24,212 nucleotides of DNA from Verrucomicrobiales bacterium (lineage in GTDB: Bacteria; Verrucomicrobiota; Verrucomicrobiia; Verrucomicrobiales; V1-33). The notes beneath the pieces are model-generated. The model saw only the letters and a list, made by a program, of their open reading frames with translations. It had not been told where the DNA came from and made no database searches. Below are positions 9,342-17,294 of the stretch, piece after piece. The stretch lies in contig JANOAV010000128.1 in assembly GCA_031411295.1 (NCBI GenBank), positions 1-24,212 of the forward strand. Direction: 5' to 3'. The translations under genes and the position numbers were made by a program. Position 1 is the stretch's first letter. Each line of letters starts with the position of its first letter.

Positions 9342-9436
9342 AATGGACGAACGAGTTTACGCAAAGCCAGCGGTAAGGGGATTGTGAAGGTTGAGACGCT
9401 ACTTTACTATGGCCTTTTCTCTGCTCGTGATTCCAA

Positions 9437-9462
9437 TTTAACCACTGTCAGAGTTCGCAGAG
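9437..9462 (+). repeat. ACCACAGAG-type repeat, copy A (degenerate), upstream of the GxxExxY gene
   Basis: TTTAACCACTGTCAGAGTTCGCAGAG shares the TTTAACYAC start and the CAGAGTTCGCAGAG end with the copies at 9954 and 10089. Confidence 0.75.
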
Positions 9463-9518
9463 GTTTAGCTTGCGATGCTTCACCTTGCAAATCAAATCCG
9501 GAACTGCTAGTGATTCTA

Positions 9519-9935
9519 ATGTTTATTACCAATCTAACCGAATCCACCTTAAACTCCATTACAGGCGCGATCGTTGATGCCGCACTACAGGTCCACCGCA
9601 GGTTGGGGCCTGGCTTATTGGAGGGAGCTTACGAGGCTTGTCTGGCCTATGAATTGAAAAAACGAGGTTACCGCGTAGATCGGCAGATCATTTGTCCGAT
9701 TGTCCATGATGAAATCTCCTTGGACGCTGGTTATCGTTTGGATTTGCTGGTCGAGGGCGCTGTGATCGTGGAGCTCAAGGCAGTAGCCCAGATGAATCCG
9801 GTGTTCGAGGCGCAGCTCATTTCCTACCTGAAACTCAGCGGATGCAAAGCTGGGCTGCTGATTAATTTCCATGTGCCATTGCTCAAAGACGGCATCACTC
9901 GCAGAGTGAATGATTGGGTGTTTTCTGCGATCTAG
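9519..9935 (+). CDS. GxxExxY protein (PD-(D/E)XK nuclease-like, PDDEXK_3 type), 138 aa
   Basis: Signature GPGLLEGAYEACL, 'YRLDLLVEGAVIVELKAV' (D...ExK), 'AQLISYLKLSG...GLLINF'. ATG at 9519 is in frame with the track ORF; the 9042 extension overlaps the GNAT gene antisense. Confidence 0.93.
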   Translation: MFITNLTESTLNSITGAIVDAALQVHRRLGPGLLEGAYEACLAYELKKRGYRVDRQIICPIVHDEISLDAGYRLDLLVEGAVIVELKAVAQMNPVFEAQLISYLKLSGCKAGLLINFHVPLLKDGITRRVNDWVFSAI

Positions 9936-9953
9936 AGTCAATCTACGTTCTTT

Positions 9954-10154
9954 TTTAACTACGGAGATACAGAGTTCGCAGAGTGTATGATGGGGGGCGT
10001 TCAGTTGGCGTCGCCCTTTCCTTTTCAGCTCCTCTGCGTCCTCTGAAACTCTGTGGTTAATTCCACCATGCTCCGAATCGCGTTTCTATTTAACCACAGA
10101 GATATAGGGTTCGCAGAGTTCCGAGGCGGAAACTCTGTGGTCAATCCATCATGC
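9954..10154. repeat. Cluster of four ACCACAGAG-type repeats forming two inverted pairs (REPIN-like units)
   Basis: B+ 9954-9983 TTTAACTACGGAGATACAGAGTTCGCAGAG; C- 10032-10060 (rc TTAACCACAGAGTTTCAGAGGACGCAGAG); D+ 10089-10118 TTTAACCACAGAGATATAGGGTTCGCAGAG; E- 10129-10144 GAAACTCTGTGGTCAA. C and E share the flank TCCAYCATGC. Confidence 0.88.
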
Positions 10155-10174
10155 CTCTTGGATGGCCTTCAGAA

Positions 10175-12790
10175 TTACTCCGCATGCTTCGCAGCCTTCT
10201 TTGCGGCCTTTTTCTTGCTGCCGAAGGGGGTGGCGGTTTTGGCGACGGGGGCCTTTTTCTCGCGTGGGGGGAATTCCCATTCGAAGACCACTTTGCCTTC
10301 GGGTTTGAGGACGAGGCTGGCGGAGAATGGGCGGCCCTTCTTGCTGATGAATTTGTCGATCACATCCGTCCGACCGCCTTCAAAGAACTTGAGCGCTTGT
10401 TCCTTGCTGATGGGGAATTGGCAGAACGATTTGGCCAAACGGGCCTTGGGTTTGCAGGTCTTTTCCCCACGCACCACGGCTTCGCAGACGTAGTGGGTGT
10501 CTGTCATGTAAATGTGGCTCTTGGTTTTCTTGAGCGCACAGACTGGGCATTCACAGAGGATGTTAGCGGGATCTTTGATCGCTGCGAGATCTTCCTCGGG
10601 GCTGGAAACGCCGTCGCCTTTTTCGAAGACGAATTCCACTTTGTTCTCTGCGCTGAGCTGGATGGCGGCATCGAACTCTTTGCCGAAGCGATTCCGGAAG
10701 CCCGTGATCGGTCCGGCAAAGCGTGTGGTGAGCAATTGCTTGCCTTCGTCCATCGTGAGTTGATGTCCGGCAATGGTCTTATACATGGACCAACCGCACT
10801 CGGGGTTCTTGCATTTGAAGGCGTTGTCCGTCTGGCGCAGGGCGGGGGATTGGCATTGCGGACAGGGCGCTACGAGGTCTGGATAGTCCATGTCCTTCAC
10901 CACTTGGGCGAACTTCCGGGCCTTGTCCACGACTTCACTGGCATAGCTGCGGATCTCACCCATGAAGGTCTTGCGATCCAGTTTGCCGTGCTCCATTTGC
11001 TTGAGCTTGAATTCCCACTCGCCTGTCATTTGCGGGTTGGTTAGGCCGACCGCTCCCATCTGCTGGAGTTGATCGATCAGTCCGATGGCCTTGGTGGTGG
11101 CGACTAAATTTCGCGCATCCCGCACGACGTAAGCTTCATAAATCAGGCCTTCGATGGTGGCCGCGCGGGTGGCTGGGGTGCCGAGTCCGCGCTCGCTCAT
11201 GGCGGCCGCCAACTCTTCGTCATCTACGAGTTTGCCCGCGCCTTCCATGGCGGAGAGGAGCGTGGCTTCATTGAAATGCGGTGGGGCCTTGGTGACATTT
11301 TCCGTGACTTCGATGCCTTCGTTCTGCGCCTTTTCACCAGCGGCGGCGGGCACAATAGAATCATCATTCTCGCTGGCCAGCTTGCCATAGACTTCCAACC
11401 AGCCGGGCACTTTCATCACTTTACCTTCGGTCTTGAAGACATCCTCTTGGATACGGGTGATGCGCGTGGTGACTTCGAATTCTGCGGCAGGATAGAACAC
11501 GGCAATGAAACGACGCGTCACCATGTCGAAGAGTTTCTGCTCCTCGGGCTTCAAATTCTTGGGGATCACGCCGGTTGGGGTGATGGCAAAGTGGTCGCTC
11601 ACCTTAGCGTTGTCGAAAATGCGCTTGCTGGGGAAAACGAGGTTTTCCCGCAGGGCGCGGCCGGCAAATTTCGGGAGATCGTGCGGGAAAGAATCGGACA
11701 CCGTGAGGTGCTCGCCCAGCGCGGCAAAGCCCTTCATGACTTCCTTCACGGTCGGCACGTAGTCTTCCGGCAGGTAGCGGGAATCCGTCCGCGGATAGGT
11801 GAGCACTTTGTGAGCTTCATATAAACTCTGAGCAATCTGCAGGGTGCGTCGGGCACTGAAGCCGAAGCGATTGCTGGCTTCCCGTTGGAGGCTGGTGAGA
11901 TCATAGAGCAGCGGCACGGCCTGCTTGGCGGGCTTCTTCGCTTCTTCGATGATGCCGACTTTTCCTTCGCAGCGAGCCTTGATGGCTTCGGCCGCGGCCG
12001 CGTCCCACAAGCGATCCGCCTTGGCATGCTCGTCGTCGCCCTTCTTGAAATTTTGGTCGAACCATTTTCCGGGATAGTTTCCAGCGGCAACTTTGAAATC
12101 GCCAATCACTTCCCAGAATGCCCGCGGCACGAAGGCGGAGATTTCCTTTTCGCGCTGCACCAGTATGGCCAGCGTCGGCGTTTGCACCCGACCGACCGTG
12201 GTTTTGAGGAAGCCTCCATTGCGACTATTAAAAGCAGTCATCGCACGGGTGCCGTTGATGCCCACGATCCAATCGCTCTCGCTGCGGCAAACGGCGGCAT
12301 CGGCCAGCGGCTGCATTTCCTGTTCGGTGCGCAGATGTTGGAAGGCATCCGTGATGGCCTGGGACGTCATGGATTGCATCCAGAGGCGCTTGATGGGTTT
12401 CTTGATACCTGCGTCCTGATAAATATAGCGGAAAATCAGCTCTCCTTCACGGCCAGCATCGCAAGCGTTAATGACTTCGGTCACATCCGCCCGCTTCAGG
12501 AGACGCTTGAGGAGCTTCAGCCGAGCTTCTGCTTTTTCAATGGGCTGCAAGTCGAATTGCTGCGGCAAGACCGGGAGGTGGTCGAATTTCCACTGGAGCT
12601 TCTTGCCGTCCGGGGACATGGGCATGGTCAGCTCCAGCAGGTGGCCCACGGCACTGGAAATGATGTAGGAGTCGTTTTCGTGATACTCCTTGTTGTTCTC
12701 GAACTTCGTCATGCCAGGCAGTTTACCAAGCACGCGAGCCAAGTCGTTCATAACAGACGGTTTTTCGGCAATGATCAGAGTTTTGGCCAT
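10175..12790 (-). CDS. topB: DNA topoisomerase III (type IA) with zinc ribbon, Toprim C-terminal repeats and Lys-rich tail
   Basis: IIAEKPS TOPRIM start, NACDAGREGELI, GRVQTPTL, catalytic 'LTYPRTDS', GLGTPATRA. IKRLW and the GFRNRFGKEFDA / FISKKGRPFSA C-terminal repeats favour TopB over TopA. Confidence 0.93.
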   Translation of the reverse strand: MAKTLIIAEKPSVMNDLARVLGKLPGMTKFENNKEYHENDSYIISSAVGHLLELTMPMSPDGKKLQWKFDHLPVLPQQFDLQPIEKAEARLKLLKRLLKRADVTEVINACDAGREGELIFRYIYQDAGIKKPIKRLWMQSMTSQAITDAFQHLRTEQEMQPLADAAVCRSESDWIVGINGTRAMTAFNSRNGGFLKTTVGRVQTPTLAILVQREKEISAFVPRAFWEVIGDFKVAAGNYPGKWFDQNFKKGDDEHAKADRLWDAAAAEAIKARCEGKVGIIEEAKKPAKQAVPLLYDLTSLQREASNRFGFSARRTLQIAQSLYEAHKVLTYPRTDSRYLPEDYVPTVKEVMKGFAALGEHLTVSDSFPHDLPKFAGRALRENLVFPSKRIFDNAKVSDHFAITPTGVIPKNLKPEEQKLFDMVTRRFIAVFYPAAEFEVTTRITRIQEDVFKTEGKVMKVPGWLEVYGKLASENDDSIVPAAAGEKAQNEGIEVTENVTKAPPHFNEATLLSAMEGAGKLVDDEELAAAMSERGLGTPATRAATIEGLIYEAYVVRDARNLVATTKAIGLIDQLQQMGAVGLTNPQMTGEWEFKLKQMEHGKLDRKTFMGEIRSYASEVVDKARKFAQVVKDMDYPDLVAPCPQCQSPALRQTDNAFKCKNPECGWSMYKTIAGHQLTMDEGKQLLTTRFAGPITGFRNRFGKEFDAAIQLSAENKVEFVFEKGDGVSSPEEDLAAIKDPANILCECPVCALKKTKSHIYMTDTHYVCEAVVRGEKTCKPKARLAKSFCQFPISKEQALKFFEGGRTDVIDKFISKKGRPFSASLVLKPEGKVVFEWEFPPREKKAPVAKTATPFGSKKKAAKKAAKHAE

Positions 12791-13065
12791 GGGAAGAGGT
12801 ATTTAAGAAAAATTAACAAAAAGCGGGGGAGTGGCGGGTATAGTGGGACTGATTGCGGAAAACTCAAATTTAGAATTTCTGTAATTTATGCACCGTATCG
12901 CGCCAAGAGAGATGTTTCAGTTGTAAGTAGTTGATAATGAACGATGTGGGTTGATCGCTTGATGGGCAGTGGTCGGGCGGGGGGAGGCTGTTGTTTCTAC
13001 CGTGAGGCGGAAAACAAGCAGGATGTGGAGAACTGCAAGCCCCGCCAGCAGCATTCTATTCAGGC

Positions 13066-13094
13066 TTGTCATCGGCGCGACTGTGCGCCAGTCT
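13066..13094 (+). promoter_or_regulatory. Weak candidate promoter for the modABC-like operon
   Basis: TTGTCA (13066-13071), N17, CAGTCT (13089-13094); the spacer contains a small GGCGC...GCGCC inverted repeat. Confidence 0.25.
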
Positions 13095-13136
13095 CTGGGC
13101 CTTGATGCGCCCTCAACCTCTTACTCTTCGAAATTC

Positions 13137-14666
13137 ATGAAACGCTGGTTTGCTCTCCTTTTGGTTGCTCTGGTCGTTGCGGGCGGTTTGTTTTGGAACG
13201 GGCATCGTGGTGGTGGTGCGGCGGCTCCGACGCAGTTGATGGTCTATTGCGCCGCGGGGTTGAAGCAACCGGTGGAGGAAGTGGTGCGGGCGTTTGAAGC
13301 GGAGACGGGCATGGCGGTGACGTTGCAATATGGCGGCACGGGGACGTTGCTGAGTCAGATGGCGTTGGCGCATACGGGCGATTTGTTCATTGCAGCGGAT
13401 GCTGGGGCGCAGGCGGATGCGGCTAAGAAGCAGTTGATCGGGGAGACATTTCCGTTGGTGCAGCAAACCCCGGTGATTGCGGTGCGGGCAGGGAATCCGT
13501 TGAAAATTCAGGGGTTGCAGGACTTGCTGCGCACGGACGTGCGCACGGCGTTGGCGAATCCGGAAGCGGCCAGCATCGGGCGTTCGGTAAAGGCGACGCT
13601 GAGGGAACGGTGGACGGAATTGGCGGCCAAGGCGACGGTGATGAAGCCGACGGTGACGGAGTTGGCGGCGGATTTATCGCTGGGGGCGGTGGATGCGGCT
13701 ATCGTATGGGACTCGGTGATTGGGCAATTTAAGGATTTGGTGGCAGTGGCGGTGCCGGAGTTTGAGGCGAAGCCGGAAGTGGCTTCGGTGTGCGTGTTGA
13801 GCGCGTGCACGCAGTCCCCGGTGGCCATGAAACTAGCACGCTATCTAACGGCGCCCGAGAAGGGTGGGGCCAGCTTCACGAAGCGGGGCATGAAGCCGCT
13901 GGCGGGCGATGCCTGGGCGGCGGAACCGGAATTGTTGATCTACAGCGGGGCGGTGAATCGGCCGGCGTTGGAGCCGTTGTTGCGTCGCTTTGCGGATCGT
14001 GAGGGGGTGCGGGTGAACACGGTTTATAATGGATGCGGGGTGCTATGCGCGTCCTTGAAAACGATCGCTCAGAGTGGTGGGCAGCAATTGCCGGATGCTT
14101 ATTTCGCGTGCGATCTCTGTTTCGTGCCGCCGGTGGCTGCGATGTTTCCGCAGGTCAATGTGCTGACGGAAACGGAAATTGTGATCACGGTGCCAAAGGG
14201 GAATCCACGGGGGATCAAGGGGTTGTCGGATTTGGCACAACCGGGCTTGAAACTGGGGGTGTGCAATCAACAGCAATCGACCCTGGGTTTCATGACCGCA
14301 GGATTGCTGAAGGAAAGCGGGCTGGGGAATGCCGTGCGGGCGAATGTAGCCGTCGAGGTGCCCACGGCGGATTTCCTGATCAATCAAATGCGTGCTGGCG
14401 GACTGGATGCAGCCATCGTTTATCTGGTAAATGTGCTGCCGCAAACGGAGCACTTGGAGGCGATCAAGTTGCCGGAAACCAAGGGGCGTGCGGTGCAGCC
14501 GTTCGCAGTGCGGCAGGGATCGCCTAACGCGTTAGCGGCAGGACGCTTGTTGACGTTTCTGCAGTCCCATCGGGAGGCGTTCGAGAAGGCCGGGTTCTCG
14601 TGGAGAGGGACGGAAGCACCGGTGCAGAGCAGCGAAATCAAGGTTCCCGACTGGCTCAAGCAATGA
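13137..14666 (+). CDS. modA: Molybdate/tungstate-type ABC transporter substrate-binding protein with two tandem ModA-like domains (509 aa)
   Basis: ATG at 13137 gives MKRWFALLLVALVVAGGLFW anchor/signal. Domain 1: YCAAGL...YGGTG...DLFIAAD...GNP...ANPEAASIG...DAAIVW. Domain 2: YSGAVN...YNGCG...DAYFACD...GNP...DAAIVY. Followed by permease and ATPase. Confidence 0.8.
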   Translation: MKRWFALLLVALVVAGGLFWNGHRGGGAAAPTQLMVYCAAGLKQPVEEVVRAFEAETGMAVTLQYGGTGTLLSQMALAHTGDLFIAADAGAQADAAKKQLIGETFPLVQQTPVIAVRAGNPLKIQGLQDLLRTDVRTALANPEAASIGRSVKATLRERWTELAAKATVMKPTVTELAADLSLGAVDAAIVWDSVIGQFKDLVAVAVPEFEAKPEVASVCVLSACTQSPVAMKLARYLTAPEKGGASFTKRGMKPLAGDAWAAEPELLIYSGAVNRPALEPLLRRFADREGVRVNTVYNGCGVLCASLKTIAQSGGQQLPDAYFACDLCFVPPVAAMFPQVNVLTETEIVITVPKGNPRGIKGLSDLAQPGLKLGVCNQQQSTLGFMTAGLLKESGLGNAVRANVAVEVPTADFLINQMRAGGLDAAIVYLVNVLPQTEHLEAIKLPETKGRAVQPFAVRQGSPNALAAGRLLTFLQSHREAFEKAGFSWRGTEAPVQSSEIKVPDWLKQ

Positions 14667-15451
14667 AAGGACACGACCGAGGATTCTGGGGGTCGCTGGC
14701 GGTGATTGCTGGCGTGCTGGCGTTGTTTCTCTTAGCGTTGCTGGGCAGCACGGCTGCGCATAGTTCGTGGTCGCACTTGGGCAAGGCCCTGGTGGCACCG
14801 GAAATACTGTATTCCGTGAAATTAAGTTTGTTCACCTGCACCGTGGCGGCGGTGGGCTCCGTTTTGTTTGCGGTGCCGATTGGTTATTTGCTATCGCGGA
14901 CAACTTTTCGGGGGCGAGCGCTGCTGGATGCGATGTTCGATATCCCGATTGTCTTGCCGCCGATGGTGATGGGATTGTGTCTCCTAGTGTTCTTCCAAAC
15001 TCCGGTGGCCCAAGCGATGGAGCAGTGGGTGAGATTTACCTATCAGATTGCCGGAGTGGTGTTGGCACAGTTTATCATTGCGGTGGCCTTTGCGATTCGG
15101 ATCATGAAGCAAACGTTCGATCACCTGTCGGCTCGACCGGAAGAGGTGGCGATGACGCTGGGGTGCACGCGCTGGCAGGCGTTTCACAGCGTGACCTTGC
15201 CCTCGGCGCGTCGAGGAATGGCGGCGGCGTTTAGCGTGGCCTGGGCGCGGAGTTTGGGGGAATTTGGACCCGTGTTAGTATTCGCGGGAGCTACCCGGAT
15301 GAAGACAGAAGTTCTGCCAACGACGGTTTGGTTGGAGTTGAGTGTGGGAAATTTAGAAGCCGCCGTAGCCGTGAGCCTCTTGCTAGTCATCATGGCCATG
15401 GCGGTGTTGCTGGTGCTGCGAGCGATTGGCGAAGGAGGGAAACTGTCATGA
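14663..15451 (+). CDS. modB: Molybdate-type ABC transporter permease
   Basis: ATGA overlap with the modA stop; hydrophobic helices, 'DIPIVLPPMVMG', EAA-like loop 'EEVAMTLGC', 'WARSLGEFG'. Confidence 0.85.
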   Translation: MKGHDRGFWGSLAVIAGVLALFLLALLGSTAAHSSWSHLGKALVAPEILYSVKLSLFTCTVAAVGSVLFAVPIGYLLSRTTFRGRALLDAMFDIPIVLPPMVMGLCLLVFFQTPVAQAMEQWVRFTYQIAGVVLAQFIIAVAFAIRIMKQTFDHLSARPEEVAMTLGCTRWQAFHSVTLPSARRGMAAAFSVAWARSLGEFGPVLVFAGATRMKTEVLPTTVWLELSVGNLEAAVAVSLLLVIMAMAVLLVLRAIGEGGKLS

Positions 15452-16095
15452 TCGCAGTAGAAAATTTGAGTTGGAGCGCAGGGACGTTTCAGTTGCGCGA
15501 TGTTTCCTTTACGGTTCCGACGGGCGCGTATGGCGTGCTGATGGGGCGGACCGGGACGGGAAAAACGTCGCTCGTGGAAATGATCTGCGGGCTGCGCAGG
15601 ATAACGGCGGGGAGGATACTAATAGGCAGGCGGGATGTTTCGCAAGAACCGCCGGGCCGCCGCAGGATTGGTTATGTGCCGCAGGATGGCGCGTTGTTTC
15701 CCACCATGACCGTGCGGGAGCAAATTGGATTTGCGCCACGTCGGCAACAGATGGCGGTGGGGGAGCGTGACAAGTTAGTGGAGGAGTTGGCTGCAGCCAC
15801 GGGAGTGGCGCATTTGTTGGATCGGAAGCCGGGGGGATTATCCGGCGGTGAGCGACAACGCATCGCGCTGGCACGGGCCTTGGCGGCTCGTCCAGAGGTG
15901 TTGCTGCTGGATGAACCACTGGCGGCTCTGGATGAAGAAACGCACGGGGAAATGATGGCGCTCCTGAAAGCCACGCAGCAACGACACGGTCTCACGGTGT
16001 TGCATGTCACGCATCATCGGCAGGAAGCCGAAACACTGGCAGAGGTCATTTTACGCTTGGAAAATGGCGTGGTCGTGGCGACGGAGCGCCGGTGA
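15448..16095 (+). CDS. modC: ABC transporter ATP-binding protein (ModC-like, 215 aa, no C-terminal TOBE domain)
   Basis: ATGA overlap with the modB stop; GGAGG upstream; Walker A GRTGTGKT, Q-loop GYVPQD, LSGGERQR, Walker B LLLDEP, H-loop VTH. Confidence 0.85.
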   Translation: MIAVENLSWSAGTFQLRDVSFTVPTGAYGVLMGRTGTGKTSLVEMICGLRRITAGRILIGRRDVSQEPPGRRRIGYVPQDGALFPTMTVREQIGFAPRRQQMAVGERDKLVEELAAATGVAHLLDRKPGGLSGGERQRIALARALAARPEVLLLDEPLAALDEETHGEMMALLKATQQRHGLTVLHVTHHRQEAETLAEVILRLENGVVVATERR

Positions 16096-16096
16096 T

Positions 16097-16309
16097 GAAT
16101 TTCCTAGCCAACGATGCCGGTATCGCGTCCTCGAATCAGCCCCAAACCTGGCCGCCATTCCCAGAACGAGAACGTTCCAGCGAGGCTGGAATTTGCAAAA
16201 CACCACACGTTTGCAGGAACACCCGTGCATCCGCCTCCCAATCTCCCTCATCGAAATCCACCGCCAGAAAATGACAACGTTCGTCGCCCGCAGAACAACG
16301 AGCGGAATA
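16097..16309 (-). pseudogene. Internal fragment of an archaeo-eukaryotic primase (TOTE-type) domain of the kind fused to SF2/ResIII-like helicases
   Basis: Reverse frame: Y...GDERCHFLAVDFDEGDWEADARVFLQTCGVLQIPASLERSRSGNGGQVWG*FEDAIPASLARKF. This matches the recalled family pattern 'YPLL.DE.C.FLA.DFD...W..D...F...ERSRSG.G.HVW.FF...IPA.LARK'. In-frame TGA at 16138-16136 and His->Gln in the SGxGxH motif. Confidence 0.8.
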
Positions 16310-16592
16310 GCGCAATTTTGGCAGAAGGTGGGGATGCATTGGTCATCGACATCAGAAAGTCGCATGATGGTGACACGGTTCATCCCTGGCAATGGCTAAA
16401 GAGTTTCAACCGGGGGCAAGGAGGGCAACAGCGCAAATAGTTCCCATTATGCCAATCCTGAGTTCGGTGGGATCAAACGGTATTGATCGTGTGCGAATGT
16501 CTTATTTCATGGGGCGAAGGCAACTATGCGGATTGAGTGGGCACAAACTTCAGGCTTGCCAAGCTTGGTTGGAACCGCTTCATGGAGGCATT

Positions 16593-17294
16593 ATGCGATG
16601 TCTTGTAGTTGATGATGATCCGTTAGTTTGCGAACTCATGGAGAGCTTTTTGGCTCGAGTGGAGGGCGTGGAATTTTCTTTACAGGCGTCCGATGGGGTG
16701 ACGGCGTTGTCGCTACTTACGGCGGGCGGGATTGATGCGGCGTTTATCGATTTGAACCTGCCGGGTCTCGATGGCGAATCCCTGCTGCGCGCATTGCCGC
16801 GGAGTCTTCCAGTGGTGGTCATCAGTGCGAGCGATCACTTTGCAGCCAGGTCTTATGAGTTCGAGGTGACGGACTATTTGCTCAAACCGATCACCTTTCC
16901 ACGGTTTATGCAGGCGTTGCGTAGAGTCCAGGAAAGACTCGGGGGCCCGCCGCCGAAGTTGGCCATCTCAAATGAGGCCATGGAGCAGACCATTTTCGTT
17001 AAGGATGGCACCCGCATCGTGCCGATCGATTTAACGAAGCTGCTGATGATCAAGGCGGAGTCGAACTATTCTCAGTTCATCACGGACGAGGGCTCCACCC
17101 TCAGCTTGATCAGCATGAAGCGGTTGGAAGAAATTCTGCCTGCCAACTTCGTGAGGGTGCATCGCAGTTATTTGGTGAACTGCCGTCGGATTACCAAGAT
17201 AGAGGACGGTTCCGTTCATCTCGGGAAGGCGGTAGCTCCCATTAGCCAGGGACAGCGGGAGGAGCTGTTGATGCGTCTGCGGGTTATCAATTGA
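16593..17294 (+). CDS. LytR/AlgR-family response regulator (REC + LytTR), 233 aa
   Basis: GGAGG at 16584-16588 before ATG 16593; CLVVDDD, FIDLNLPGLDG (phospho-Asp), DYLLKP; LytTR 'FVRVHRSYLVN'. Confidence 0.93.
   Translation: MRCLVVDDDPLVCELMESFLARVEGVEFSLQASDGVTALSLLTAGGIDAAFIDLNLPGLDGESLLRALPRSLPVVVISASDHFAARSYEFEVTDYLLKPITFPRFMQALRRVQERLGGPPPKLAISNEAMEQTIFVKDGTRIVPIDLTKLLMIKAESNYSQFITDEGSTLSLISMKRLEEILPANFVRVHRSYLVNCRRITKIEDGSVHLGKAVAPISQGQREELLMRLRVIN

Noticed and set aside
8720..9356. GNAT gene as an integron cassette (GTTCGTC just before the start)
   Set aside because: No GTTRRRY/RYYYAAC pair or attC-like hairpin could be identified downstream, and there is no integrase in the window.
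9042..9518. 159-aa N-terminal extension of the GxxExxY ORF in the track
   Set aside because: It overlaps the GNAT gene antisense and runs through repeat copy A; the family-typical protein starts at ATG 9519.
9954..10154. Possible CRISPR array
   Set aside because: Repeats alternate in orientation, are degenerate and unevenly spaced, and no cas genes are present.
10151..12934. Long + strand ORFs (10151-11044, 11276-11824, 11885-12934)
   Set aside because: Antisense shadows of topB, typical of GC-rich coding DNA, with no recognisable motifs.
12791..13136. ModE box or Moco riboswitch upstream of modA; 56-aa N-terminal extension from 12969
   Set aside because: No ModE-type TATAT-N-TATAT palindrome or convincing riboswitch fold was seen; the signal/anchor sequence begins at ATG 13137.
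16392..16592. N-terminal extension of the LytTR regulator
   Set aside because: The receiver domain and a GGAGG RBS place the start at 16593.
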